This document shows, piece by piece, positions 29,440 through 38,696 of a DNA stretch of 64,000 nucleotides. The stretch spans positions 1,440,001 to 1,504,000 of the forward strand of contig OZ219747.1 in assembly GCA_964291265.2 (NCBI GenBank), in the 5' to 3' direction. A model generated the notes under the pieces. The model was not told the DNA's origin. It searched no databases and saw nothing but the letters and a program-made list of their open reading frames with translations. The translations under genes and the position numbers were made by a program. This stretch comes from Alphaproteobacteria bacterium. Lineage in GTDB: Bacteria; Pseudomonadota; Alphaproteobacteria; SP197. How positions within the stretch are numbered: position 1 is the stretch's first letter; every line of letters begins with the position of its first letter.

Positions 29440-29690
29440 GTGCGCCAAGGTGACGCCCCACACCAAGACTGCCCCACTCTGGTTCAACCTCCGCAAACGG
29501 GCTGGTATCGCGGGTGTGCGTTTTCATGATCTGCGTCACAACTTCGCCAGCCAGGCTGTCCTGGACGGTGTGCCGCTTCCGACCGTGGCGAGGATCCTTG
29601 GTCAGCGGCAGGTTGCCATGACCCTGCCCTATGCCCACGTTGCGGACAGCGATGTCGAAGCGGCGGCGGGTCAGGAACACGATGACACAG
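29440..29690 (+). pseudogene. Tyrosine integrase C-terminal remnant
   Basis: WFNLRKRAGIAGVRFHDLRHNFAS...ARILG...MTLPYAH. Confidence 0.8.
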
Positions 29691-29805
29691 ATCATGACAT
29701 CGGGCGCGGCATCTTGAGGCCTTACTCGGGGTCGGTCCAATCCGGTTTCGTTCGACCACGATGCGCTGAACACCGTGCGCGGGCCGGCCCTCGGGAAAGG
29801 GTGCG

Positions 29806-31724
29806 GTGTGCCAGGCGAACTGGCGGAAGGTAGGGGGTGAAAGTCCCCTGAAACGAAGGAGTAACCAAACCACGTTTCTCCGCGAGCCGTGCGTCGGTTC
29901 CCGCGAGGGGGCAGGCGAAGCGTCGGTAGCGGTACGGATGGGCAGGGCTAATGAGCACCGAAAAGTCCGTTGTTCGGGGTGCCGAGGCTTTCGCATCGGT
30001 CGAAGGCAACATCGCAGGCATCGATTTGGTGAGATGTCGGCGAGCCCCGCGGTGTCGGAGAACCCATGCACGTCCGCACGCCTTCTGTTGGGACCCTGGG
30101 AGGTCTTCGAACTATCCCGCCTGTCGTGGCGGGACCGTGTAGGGAAAGGAGAAAGCCGAAGCCTATGAGGAACGGTTTGAAGAAGTCGGATGGGGCCGTA
30201 AGACCGGTGAAGGCGGCGAACAAGGGAGCGTCAGCTTCTGCGGAGTCGCTGGAGGAAAGGGCCTCAACCAAGGGGAATCCGGGACGCCAAAGCACGCACC
30301 GAACGCAGTGTCGGGCAAGTGTGCCACAGGCGGCGGACCGGATACGGGAAGCTGCAGAGAGGAACCCGAAGGAGCGTCTCACTGCACTCTTCCATCACAT
30401 TACGCCGGACGCGCTCCGGGCGGCCTACTTCGGTTTGAAGAAGGAAGCCTCGGCAGGTGTCGACGGCGTGACGTGGGCGGCGTATGGCGAGGGTCTGGAC
30501 GAGCGCTTGCTTGATCTGCACTCGCGCCTGCATCGTGGGGGAGCGTACCGGGCGCCGCCGGTTCGGCGGGTTGAGATACCCAAGCCGGACGGCGGGACAC
30601 GACCGCTCGGGATTGCCGCACTGGAGGACAAGATCGTCCAGAAGGCGGTTGTGGATGTGATCCTGACACCGATTTATGAGGTGGAGTTCCTTGGCTTCAG
30701 CTACGGGTTCCGACCGGGCCGAGGGGCGCATGACGCTCTCGACGCCCTGGCGTTCGGGATCGAGCGGCGCAAGGTCAACTGGATAGTCGACGCGGACATT
30801 CAGGGGTACTTCGACACAATCCCGAGGGATTGGTTGATCAAGTTCCTGGAGCATCGCATTGGCGACAGGCGGGTGATCCGTCTGATCCGCAAGTGGCTGA
30901 ACGCTGGCGTCATGACCGACGGATCATGGAGCGACACCGGTGCGGGCACGCCTCAGGGCGCCATTGTCAGCCCCTGCCTGGCGAACGTGTTTCTGCACTA
31001 CGTGCTCGATCTGTGGTTTCACAAGGCATGGCGTCCGAAGGTTCCGAACGGTAAAGCGATCATTGTCCGCTACGCGGACGATATTGTGGTCGGGTTCCAG
31101 CATAAGCGGGATGCGGAGACATACCTTCGCGACGTTCGGGAGAGGCTGGACCGCTTTGGTCTCACCCTTCACCCGGACAAGACCCGTCTCGTTGAGTTTG
31201 GACGGTTTGCCAAGGCGAACCGGCGATCTCGCGGGGCGGGCAGGCCGGAGACGTTCGACTTCCTGGGCTTCACGCACTTCTGCACGGAGACCCGGAGAGG
31301 ACGCTTCAGGCTTGGTCGCAAGCCGGTCGCAAAACGGGTCGCAAGGACCCTGGCGCGCATCGAGGAGGTGCTTCGCAATCGACGGCATCACGACATATGG
31401 GAGGTCGGCATGTGGCTTGGGCGAGTTGTCAATGGCTGGTCCAACTACTTCGCCGTTCCGGGGTCGACCCGATGGCTGCGCACGTTCCGCCAAAGGCTGC
31501 AACGCCTATGGCTGCGAGCGATCCGCCGCCGCTCCCAGCGCCACTGCTTTGACTGGAAGCGATTGGAGCGCATGACCGAGCTTCTTTGGCCGCGCGTCTC
31601 CATCCGCCACCCATGGCCGGACCAGCGGTTTACCGTCAAGCACCCGAGGTAGGAGCCGGATGGATTAACGTCCATGTCCGGATCTGTGCGGGGGGTGCGC
31701 AGCAATGCGCATCCCTACCGCGAC
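29806..31724 (+). mobile_element. Complete group II intron (probably bacterial class E)
   Basis: 5' GTGTG; domain V gagccggatggattaacgtccatgtccggatc; domain VI ending cctaccgcgAC; encodes an RT. Confidence 0.92.
30165..31652 (+). CDS. ltrA: Group II intron reverse transcriptase/maturase (no endonuclease domain)
   Basis: GVDG, IPKPDGGTRPLGI, YGFRPGR, GTPQG, RYADD and FDFLGF motifs plus X domain. Confidence 0.95.
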   Translation: MRNGLKKSDGAVRPVKAANKGASASAESLEERASTKGNPGRQSTHRTQCRASVPQAADRIREAAERNPKERLTALFHHITPDALRAAYFGLKKEASAGVDGVTWAAYGEGLDERLLDLHSRLHRGGAYRAPPVRRVEIPKPDGGTRPLGIAALEDKIVQKAVVDVILTPIYEVEFLGFSYGFRPGRGAHDALDALAFGIERRKVNWIVDADIQGYFDTIPRDWLIKFLEHRIGDRRVIRLIRKWLNAGVMTDGSWSDTGAGTPQGAIVSPCLANVFLHYVLDLWFHKAWRPKVPNGKAIIVRYADDIVVGFQHKRDAETYLRDVRERLDRFGLTLHPDKTRLVEFGRFAKANRRSRGAGRPETFDFLGFTHFCTETRRGRFRLGRKPVAKRVARTLARIEEVLRNRRHHDIWEVGMWLGRVVNGWSNYFAVPGSTRWLRTFRQRLQRLWLRAIRRRSQRHCFDWKRLERMTELLWPRVSIRHPWPDQRFTVKHPR

Positions 31725-31921
31725 CCAAAGATGACAACACCTCGGATCGAAGCCGTCGTCGAGGTTGCTGAGCGGCGCAAGCGAAGAGCGGCTCCTGTGA
31801 TGGCTTGTACGGATACCGGCTGGCACGGCGCGACCTCTCCAGTCGGGGCGTCGTGTCGCTGTCTTGATTGCATCGCAGTCGCCGATAGGGTGCATTTGGC
31901 TGGCAGGCGGAGGACAGGAGC

Positions 31922-32164
31922 ATGGTGAGCATCACGGTCCGCAATCTCGACGACGAGGTGAAGACGCGGTTGCGCGTGCGGGCCGCGAAACACCATCGCT
32001 CGATGGAGGAAGAAGTGCGCATCATCCTGCGCGAGGCTGTCGAGCTCAGGGAGTCCCCGAGGAATCTCGCAAGCGTCCTTCGCGCCCGCATGGCACCTCT
32101 CGGCGGCGTGGATCTTGAACTGCCGCCGCGCGGGCCGATGCGCGAACCGCCCACCTTCGATTGA
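31922..32164 (+). CDS. FitA-like ribbon-helix-helix antitoxin
   Basis: ITVRNLDDEVKTRLRVRAA..RSMEEEVRIILR. Confidence 0.9.
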   Translation: MVSITVRNLDDEVKTRLRVRAAKHHRSMEEEVRIILREAVELRESPRNLASVLRARMAPLGGVDLELPPRGPMREPPTFD

Positions 32165-32174
32165 GCGTGGCGCG

Positions 32175-32596
32175 ATGACCATCCTGCTGAACACGAATGT
32201 GGTATCCGAACTGTTGCGCCGGTCTCCCGATCCGATCGTCGAGGCCTGGGTGGGAGACCGCTCTGCAACGGGCCTGTATTTCTCGGCGGTCGGCGAAGCG
32301 GAACTCTGGTACGGCGTTGCGATCCTCCCGGCCGGCCGGCGTCAGGCGGCGCTTGCCTCTGTCATCGAGACGATCCTGCGGGAAGATTTCGAGGGCCGCA
32401 TCCTTTCGACAGTGCGGCAGTGCGGGACTATGCGGACATCGCGGCGTGTCGGCGTTCCACCGGATGTCCGATCGGCCCGGCGGACTGCCAGATCGCCGCC
32501 ATCGCCCGCTCGCACGGCATGGCGGCGGCGACCCGCAATGTCCGGGACTTCGATGATACCGGCATCGATGTCGTCGACCCCTGGACGGCGGCATGA
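32175..32596 (+). pseudogene. FitB/VapC PIN toxin, frameshifted
   Basis: LLNTNVVSE (D to N at the first catalytic Asp); frameshift near 32405, then FDSAA...DCQIAAIA...TRNVRDF...DPW. Confidence 0.85.
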
Positions 32597-33291
32597 GCGG
32601 CACGACGGAAGCCTTCGGCGCGCGTGAAGATCGACAGGCTGCTTGAGAACGCCGGTTGGATCCTGACGGACGGTTCGAGCATCCTGTTCGAACATGCGCT
32701 GCCCGACGGCACGCAGGCCGACTACGTGCTCTGCGACCGGCAGGGTCGGCCCATGGCAGCGCTGGAGGCGAAGCGTGCGAGTATCGATCCCATTGCGGCG
32801 CAGGACCATGGTCGGCACTATGCCGGACAACTCGGCCTGCCTTTCGTGTTCCTCTCGAACGGCGAGGAAGTACGGTACCTCGACCGCGAGACCGACGCCC
32901 ACGCGCGCAAGGTTGCCGGGCCGCGTGGACCTGCTCCTCGGAAGCGGTGTCACCGACGCCCACGCGCGCAAGGTTGCCGGCCTCTCGACACAACTCCGCG
33001 CCAAGGGGCGCGCCCGACGCCTACGCGCGCAAGGTGGCCGGCTTCAATGCCCGGGACGACCTCGAACGGCGCATTGCGGAGCTCCGGAGTCGCCGCGACC
33101 TGTCGGCGGTCGCCGTCGACCACAGGATCGTCGACCGGCCCTGCCAGATCGGATGCCTCGAGGCCTTGTCCGCCGAAGTCTCGCGCGGGCGGCGCTCAGC
33201 TGCTGGTCGAGATGACGATGGGCACCGGCAAGGCGCGCACGGCGGCGGCCTTCATCAAGCGGCTGTTCGAGGCGGGCATCGTCATCCGTGT
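32593..33291 (+). pseudogene. hsdR: Type I restriction endonuclease R subunit, N-terminal pseudogene
   Basis: KIDRLLENAGW, ADYVL, ALEAKR, FLSNG and LLVEMTMGTGKARTA (Walker A-like); frameshifts and truncation. Confidence 0.85.
32892..33041. CRISPR. Candidate ectopic (neo-)CRISPR mini-array: 3 x 28-bp repeat and 2 x 33-nt spacers inside hsdR
   Basis: ccgacgcccacgcgcgcaaggttgccgg at 32892, 32953 and 33014 (last copy has 2 mismatches); period 61; spacers unrelated; no cas genes in the window. Confidence 0.6.
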
Positions 33292-33557
33292 GGGGATGTT
33301 GAAAGGTCCGATGACCTGGACGATGCCGCCGTCAGTCTGCTCTCTGGCGATCGCCGGATTGACTGGACAGGGAGTCGAGGAAGGAGTCATGCTTGGTGAA
33401 GGAGGCAGTTCCGCCTCCCTGTCGGCACGGTGGCCGATGTGGGCGAGGGGAAGTCTCTTCGAGGGGCGACGTTCCTGTCGAACCGGAAACGATGACGCTC
33501 GAACCGGCGGTCGGGGCGTCTGAGCGGTGTCACCCGCTGACCGCGTCGGGAAAGGAG

Positions 33558-33938
33558 ATGAAGCAGGCGATGACGATCTCCATCTGGCACAATCCGCGCT
33601 GCAGCAAGTCGCGGCGCGCGCTGGAGATCCTGAAGGATCTCGGCCTCGAACCCAGGGTCGTGGAGTACCTGAAGACACCGCCGCAGCCGGAGGAGCTGCG
33701 CGACGTGCTCCGTCGGCTCGCCATGGGACCACGCGACCTGATGCGGATCCGCGAGGCACCCTGGCGCGACCTCGGACTCGACGACGCGACTCTCTCGGAC
33801 GACGTCCTGATCCGGGCCATGCACGAGCATCCCGTGCTGATCGAGCGCCCTGTCGTGATGGCGGACGACAGGGCGGTTCTCGGACGGCCGCCGGAGAGAG
33901 TCCTCGACCTCGTGGGCGATCAGCGGCCGGCCCGGTGA
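33558..33938 (+). CDS. arsC: Arsenate reductase (glutaredoxin-type) ArsC
   Basis: HNPRCSKSR, EYLKTPP, LIERPVV and GRPPE motifs. Confidence 0.92.
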   Translation: MKQAMTISIWHNPRCSKSRRALEILKDLGLEPRVVEYLKTPPQPEELRDVLRRLAMGPRDLMRIREAPWRDLGLDDATLSDDVLIRAMHEHPVLIERPVVMADDRAVLGRPPERVLDLVGDQRPAR

Positions 33939-36286
33939 AGGGCCTGCCACACCCTCAACGGGGTTGCCGGCATGTCGAAGTGCGTGATTCCCCGGCTTGA
34001 AAGCGCGTCCAGGACAGCGTTGGTGACAGCCGCGGGCGCGGCGAACGTGCCAACCTCGCCCACCCCCTTGGCACCGAGGGAATTGACCGCCGCGCGGCAG
34101 GCGATGCGTTCGCTGACGAATGACGGGACGCTGTCTGCCCGCGGCATCGCGTAGTCCAGGAAACTGCCGGTCAGTAACTGGCCGCTGGCCGGGTCGTAGC
34201 GGATGGCCTCCATCAGCGCCTGGCCGGCCCCCTGGACGATACCACCGTGAATCTGTCCCTCGACGATCATGGGATTGATCTCGACGCCGACATCGTCCAC
34301 CGCGACATAGCGCTCGAGCGACACCGCACCCGTCGCCGGGTCGATCTCCACTTCGGCGACATGGGCGCCGAACGGCCAGGTGAATCCAGGGGGATCGTAG
34401 AATCCCGTCTCGTCGAGCCCGGGTTCCCGGTCATCCTCGCCGAAACCCGCTGCCAGGTAGGCGGCTCGGGCGATGTCGCCGAAGGCGAGGGAGCGGTCGG
34501 TTCCGACAACGGTGAAGCGACCGTCTTCCAGTTCGATGTCGTCAGCCGACACCTCGAGCATCCATGCGGCAATGGCCTGTGCCTTGGCCGTGACCCTGTC
34601 GCAGGCCAGGGCGATCGCCGGGCCGCAGACGACCGCCGAGCGCGAGGCGAATGTGCCCATGCCCCGCTGCACGCGGCGGGTGTCGCCGAAGACCACCTCG
34701 ATGTTCTCGAAGGGAAGACCGGTGCGCTCGACCACCAGCTGCGCGAAGGCCGTCTCGTGGCCCTGCCCATGGTTGTGGGACCCGACGTAGAGGGTCGCCG
34801 CCCCGGAAGGATGCACCTGGAGGCGCGCACTCTCCCAGTTGCCGACCAGGGCGCCTGACGCCAGGTTGTCGGCCGAGGAGCAGCCGCCGCAGGCGGCCGC
34901 GTGGAGCGCCATGCCGAATCCCCTCAGATCCCCCCGGCGTTTCGCCTCGTCACGACGTGCCTGGAATCCGGCCTGGTCGGCCGCCTCGAGGGCGTGCCGC
35001 AGGAGCCGCGGGGCATCGGCGTCCTGCAGTGTCATGCCGAGTGCCGTGGTGAAGGGCATATGCCGGGGCTCGATCAGGTTGCGGCGGCGCAGGTCCGCAG
35101 CATCGAGTCCGAGTGTGCGCGCCGCGTGATCGATGATGCGCTCGGTCATGTAGACGGCCTCCGAGCGCCCCGCTCCCCGGTAGGCGTCGATGGGCGCCGA
35201 ATGGGTCAGCATGGCACGCACCCTGACGTGGGTCGCCGCGAAGCGGTAGGGACCGGGAATGGAGTAGGTGCAGTAGATGGTCGGTACCGCGTGCGCATGC
35301 TGGCTGACGTAGGCCCCCATGTTGGCCGTGATCTCGATGTCGAGCGCGAGGAACCGGAAGTCCGCATCGAGGGCCATCCTGACCCTGGCGACATGATCGC
35401 GGGCTCCGGTGTCGGCCTGGAAGGCCTCGTTTCTCTCCGAGGTCCAGGCGATGTCGCGTTGCAACCGACGCGCTGCCCAGGCGAGCGCGATGTCCTCCGG
35501 ATAGGAATAGGACTTCATGCCGAATCCGCCGCCGACATCCTCGGCCACGACATCGACCCGTGTTTCCGGCATCGAGAGGGCGGCGGCGATAGCCCGCTGC
35601 AGCTCGTGGGGAAGCTGGTTCGAGACGTGACAGGTCAGCCGGTCGGTGCCTGCGTCGTAGCGAGCGATGGCAAGCCGCGGTTCCATGGGCATGGCCGCGA
35701 TGCGCTGGTTGACGAGGTCGAGGCCCACCCGGTGTGCGGCGCCGGCGAAGGCCCGTGCCACCGCCGAGGCGTCGCCATTGGTCCAGTCAAGACTGATGTT
35801 GGAGGGACAGGCGTCCCACACCGCCGGCGCCCCCGGTGCGGTGGCATCTTCGAGGGTGGCCGCTGCCGGCATGTCATCGTAGTCGATGGCGAGGTTCTCG
35901 GCACCGTCCCGGGCTGCAGTCTCGCTGGTGGCGATCACCATGGCACAGGGTTGGCCGACATAGCGGACCCGTCCGTCAGCCAGCGCATGCATGGCAGGAC
36001 GGAAGGAATCGCTGCCGTCGGAGTTGAGGAGATTCCAGGAAACCGACAGGGGAGCGACGCCGTCGGCCGCCATGTCGGCCGCCGTCAGCACGCCGACGAC
36101 ACCCGGCTGGGCCAGCGCATTGTCTCGATCGGTGATGGTCATTGCGGCATGGGCCAGGGGCGCCCGCACGAAGACGGCGGTGAGAACGTCCGTTGGCGGA
36201 CGATCACCGGTGTAGCGGCCCCGGCCGGTCAGAAACCGCCTGTCTTCCCTGCGCAGACAGGATGCGCCGATCGAATGGCGTGTCAT
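33920..36286 (-). CDS. Xanthine dehydrogenase-family molybdopterin subunit (form II CoxL-like)
   Basis: RREDRRFLTGRG, VGGGFG, AYRGAGR, GQGHET, VEGQIHGG and GAKGVGE motifs. Confidence 0.9.
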   Translation of the reverse strand: MTRHSIGASCLRREDRRFLTGRGRYTGDRPPTDVLTAVFVRAPLAHAAMTITDRDNALAQPGVVGVLTAADMAADGVAPLSVSWNLLNSDGSDSFRPAMHALADGRVRYVGQPCAMVIATSETAARDGAENLAIDYDDMPAAATLEDATAPGAPAVWDACPSNISLDWTNGDASAVARAFAGAAHRVGLDLVNQRIAAMPMEPRLAIARYDAGTDRLTCHVSNQLPHELQRAIAAALSMPETRVDVVAEDVGGGFGMKSYSYPEDIALAWAARRLQRDIAWTSERNEAFQADTGARDHVARVRMALDADFRFLALDIEITANMGAYVSQHAHAVPTIYCTYSIPGPYRFAATHVRVRAMLTHSAPIDAYRGAGRSEAVYMTERIIDHAARTLGLDAADLRRRNLIEPRHMPFTTALGMTLQDADAPRLLRHALEAADQAGFQARRDEAKRRGDLRGFGMALHAAACGGCSSADNLASGALVGNWESARLQVHPSGAATLYVGSHNHGQGHETAFAQLVVERTGLPFENIEVVFGDTRRVQRGMGTFASRSAVVCGPAIALACDRVTAKAQAIAAWMLEVSADDIELEDGRFTVVGTDRSLAFGDIARAAYLAAGFGEDDREPGLDETGFYDPPGFTWPFGAHVAEVEIDPATGAVSLERYVAVDDVGVEINPMIVEGQIHGGIVQGAGQALMEAIRYDPASGQLLTGSFLDYAMPRADSVPSFVSERIACRAAVNSLGAKGVGEVGTFAAPAAVTNAVLDALSSRGITHFDMPATPLRVWQALHRAGR

Positions 36287-36368
36287 GGCCCATCCACATA
36301 GCGCGCCAGGGTGACAAAGAAAACCGAATCGACCTACCCTGGCGTTCAGGGAACAGGAAGCGGGATCC

Positions 36369-36599
36369 ATGACCGCACACGGTTTCATTCTTGGCGGCGG
36401 CACGGTTAAGGACGGCAGCGGACGCCGCGGCTTTCGCGCCGACGTCGTCATCGACGATGACCGGATTGCCGCAGTCGGGAGTCTTTCCGCCAGGACGGCT
36501 GACACCGACATCGATGCCTCCGGCCAGGTGGTGGCCCCCGGGTGCATCGACGACCACACCGGTGGCCGCATCGTTGGCCACGGGAAGAATGGAGGATGA
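36369..36599 (+). pseudogene. Internally deleted D-aminoacylase/amidohydrolase
   Basis: GGTVKDGSG..RADVVIDDDRIAAVG..IDASGQVVAPGCIDDHT joined to a short tail; only 76 aa. Confidence 0.75.
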
Positions 36600-38626
36600 C
36601 GACCATGACGCGGGTTGTTTCACGATTTCCGAAACGGGTGGTGAAGCATGACACCGTGTGGATTCCCATGCCGGATGGCGCCAGGCTGGCTGCCACCATA
36701 TGGCTTCCGGAGGACGCCGAGGATCATCCGGTGCCCGCGATCCTGGAGTTCATTCCCTACAGGCGGCGTGATTTCACGGCCGCCGGAGACTCGCTCCACC
36801 ATCCCTGGCTGGCTGGTCACGGTTACGCGGCTGTGCGTTGCGATCTGCGGGGCAACGGCGATTCGGAAGGTCTCTTCGATGACGAGTACTCTCCGCAGGA
36901 GCTCGATGACGGATACCGTGTTCTCGCGTGGCTGGCGGACCAGCCCTGGTGCACCGGTGCTACGGGCATGATGGGAATCAGCTGGGGTGGCTTCAACTGC
37001 CTGCAGGTGGCGGCGCTGAGGCCGCCTTCGCTGAAGGCCGTCTACTCCGTCGCCTCGACCGATGATCGCTATGCCGACGACATCCATTTTATGGGCGGTT
37101 GTCTGCTCAACGACAACCTCAACTGGGGCGCGACCATGACGACCTTCGCCATGCGTCCGCCCGACCCCGCTGTCGTTGGTGCGGACTGGCGCCGCATCTG
37201 GCTCGAACGCCTCGACAATGCGCCGAACCTGGTGGCGAAGTGGCTGCGCCACCAGCGGCGGGATGAGCAGTGGAAGCACGGTTCCGTCATCGAGGACTAC
37301 GACGCCATCGAAGCCGCCGTCTACATGGTCGGCGGCTGGGCCGACGGCTACACCAACGCCATCTTTCGCGTGGCGGCCGGTCTGAGGGCACCGTTCCGGG
37401 GTCTCGTCGGTCCGTGGACCCACGCCTATCCCTGGAAGGCCAGGCCAGGTCCGGAGATCGACGGCCTGAAGGACCTTGTCCGCTGGTGGGACCACTGGCT
37501 CAAGGGTATCGACACCGGCATGATGGGTGAACCGCGCCTGCGTTGCTGGATGCAGGAAACGGTGGCGCCGCAGACTTCCTACGACCATCGTCCGGGCCGT
37601 TGGGTGGCGGCCGACGCCTGGCCGGACCCCGCCATCACCGGCAAGACCTTCCATTTCGCCCGAAACAACCTGGCGGGCCGTCCGGGCCGCCCCGGAACGC
37701 TTGTGTGCGCCTCGGAGGTCCTCGCCGGCATCACGCATGGCGACTGGTGCCCCTACGGCTTCGATGCCGAAATGCCATCCGACCAACGCGAGGAGGATGG
37801 CCGCAGCCTTGCCATCGATACTCCCGTCCTCGGGCGGCGCATGGAGATACTCGGAGCGCCCCTTGTCGATCTGGAACTGTCGTGCAACGCGCCGCAGGCG
37901 CAGCTCTATGTGCGTCTCAACGATGTGGCGCCGAACGGGGCCTCGACGCGTGTGACCTACGGGGTTCTCAACCTCTCGCACCGCAACGGCCACGAGGCGC
38001 CCGAGCCGCTGGAACCAGGCGTCGCGACAAGGGTCCGCGTCCAGCTCAACGACTGCGGCCATGTCTTTCCCCCGGGTCATCGCCTCCGCCTTTCCATCCA
38101 GACGGGTTCGTGGCCGCTGGTGTGGCCGTCGCCGGAGCCGGCGGCGATCACGATCGCCACCGGAGCCAGCACACTCACGCTTCCGGTGAGGCCGAGGCGC
38201 GCGTCCGACAGCAAGCTGCCTTCCCTGGGCCGTGGCGCGACCGCGCGCCAGATTGCGGTGACGACGATGAAGCCCTACCACCGGTCCCGCACCATGGCCC
38301 GCGACTACGTGACCGGCGAGACCCGGATCGACATGGTCAAGGATCGCGGCCATGTCCGGATCGACGAGACCGGCACCGAGTACTCCGGTGGCGGTCACGA
38401 GACCTATGTCATCAGGGACGGCGACCCGCTGTCAGCGCGGGCCCGGGTCGACTACGTCATCACGCTGGCGCGGGGAGCGGACTGGAAGACCCGGCTCGAT
38501 ACCCGTTTCGTCCTCACCGCCACGCGGGAGGCCTTTCTTCTTTCGACTCATGCAGAAGCCCATGACGGCGATGAGCGCATCTGGTCGAGGAGCTGGGAGG
38601 ACGCCATCCCGCGTGTGTGTGTATGA
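36596..38626 (+). CDS. CocE/NonD family hydrolase (peptidase S15)
   Basis: IPMPDGARLAA, DLRGNGDSEG, GISWGG, GGWADGY and GPWTH motifs. Confidence 0.92.
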   Translation: MTTMTRVVSRFPKRVVKHDTVWIPMPDGARLAATIWLPEDAEDHPVPAILEFIPYRRRDFTAAGDSLHHPWLAGHGYAAVRCDLRGNGDSEGLFDDEYSPQELDDGYRVLAWLADQPWCTGATGMMGISWGGFNCLQVAALRPPSLKAVYSVASTDDRYADDIHFMGGCLLNDNLNWGATMTTFAMRPPDPAVVGADWRRIWLERLDNAPNLVAKWLRHQRRDEQWKHGSVIEDYDAIEAAVYMVGGWADGYTNAIFRVAAGLRAPFRGLVGPWTHAYPWKARPGPEIDGLKDLVRWWDHWLKGIDTGMMGEPRLRCWMQETVAPQTSYDHRPGRWVAADAWPDPAITGKTFHFARNNLAGRPGRPGTLVCASEVLAGITHGDWCPYGFDAEMPSDQREEDGRSLAIDTPVLGRRMEILGAPLVDLELSCNAPQAQLYVRLNDVAPNGASTRVTYGVLNLSHRNGHEAPEPLEPGVATRVRVQLNDCGHVFPPGHRLRLSIQTGSWPLVWPSPEPAAITIATGASTLTLPVRPRRASDSKLPSLGRGATARQIAVTTMKPYHRSRTMARDYVTGETRIDMVKDRGHVRIDETGTEYSGGGHETYVIRDGDPLSARARVDYVITLARGADWKTRLDTRFVLTATREAFLLSTHAEAHDGDERIWSRSWEDAIPRVCV

Positions 38627-38696
38627 ACTTGACCTGCCCCCGTCGTTGGGGGAATGATCCTTGAAGAATCAGGCGGGGAAGCCCGAGGGAGGATCC

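Noticed and set aside
29806-31724. RT as a DGR or retron, with 14998 and 16212 as TR/VR copies
   Set aside because: The RT has group II intron domains V/VI and an X domain. The copies are intron 5' ends, their differences are not adenine-specific, and they are not in a target gene.
32920-33013. Self-targeting by the two mini-array spacers within this window
   Set aside because: No convincing match was found by eye; a computational search is needed.
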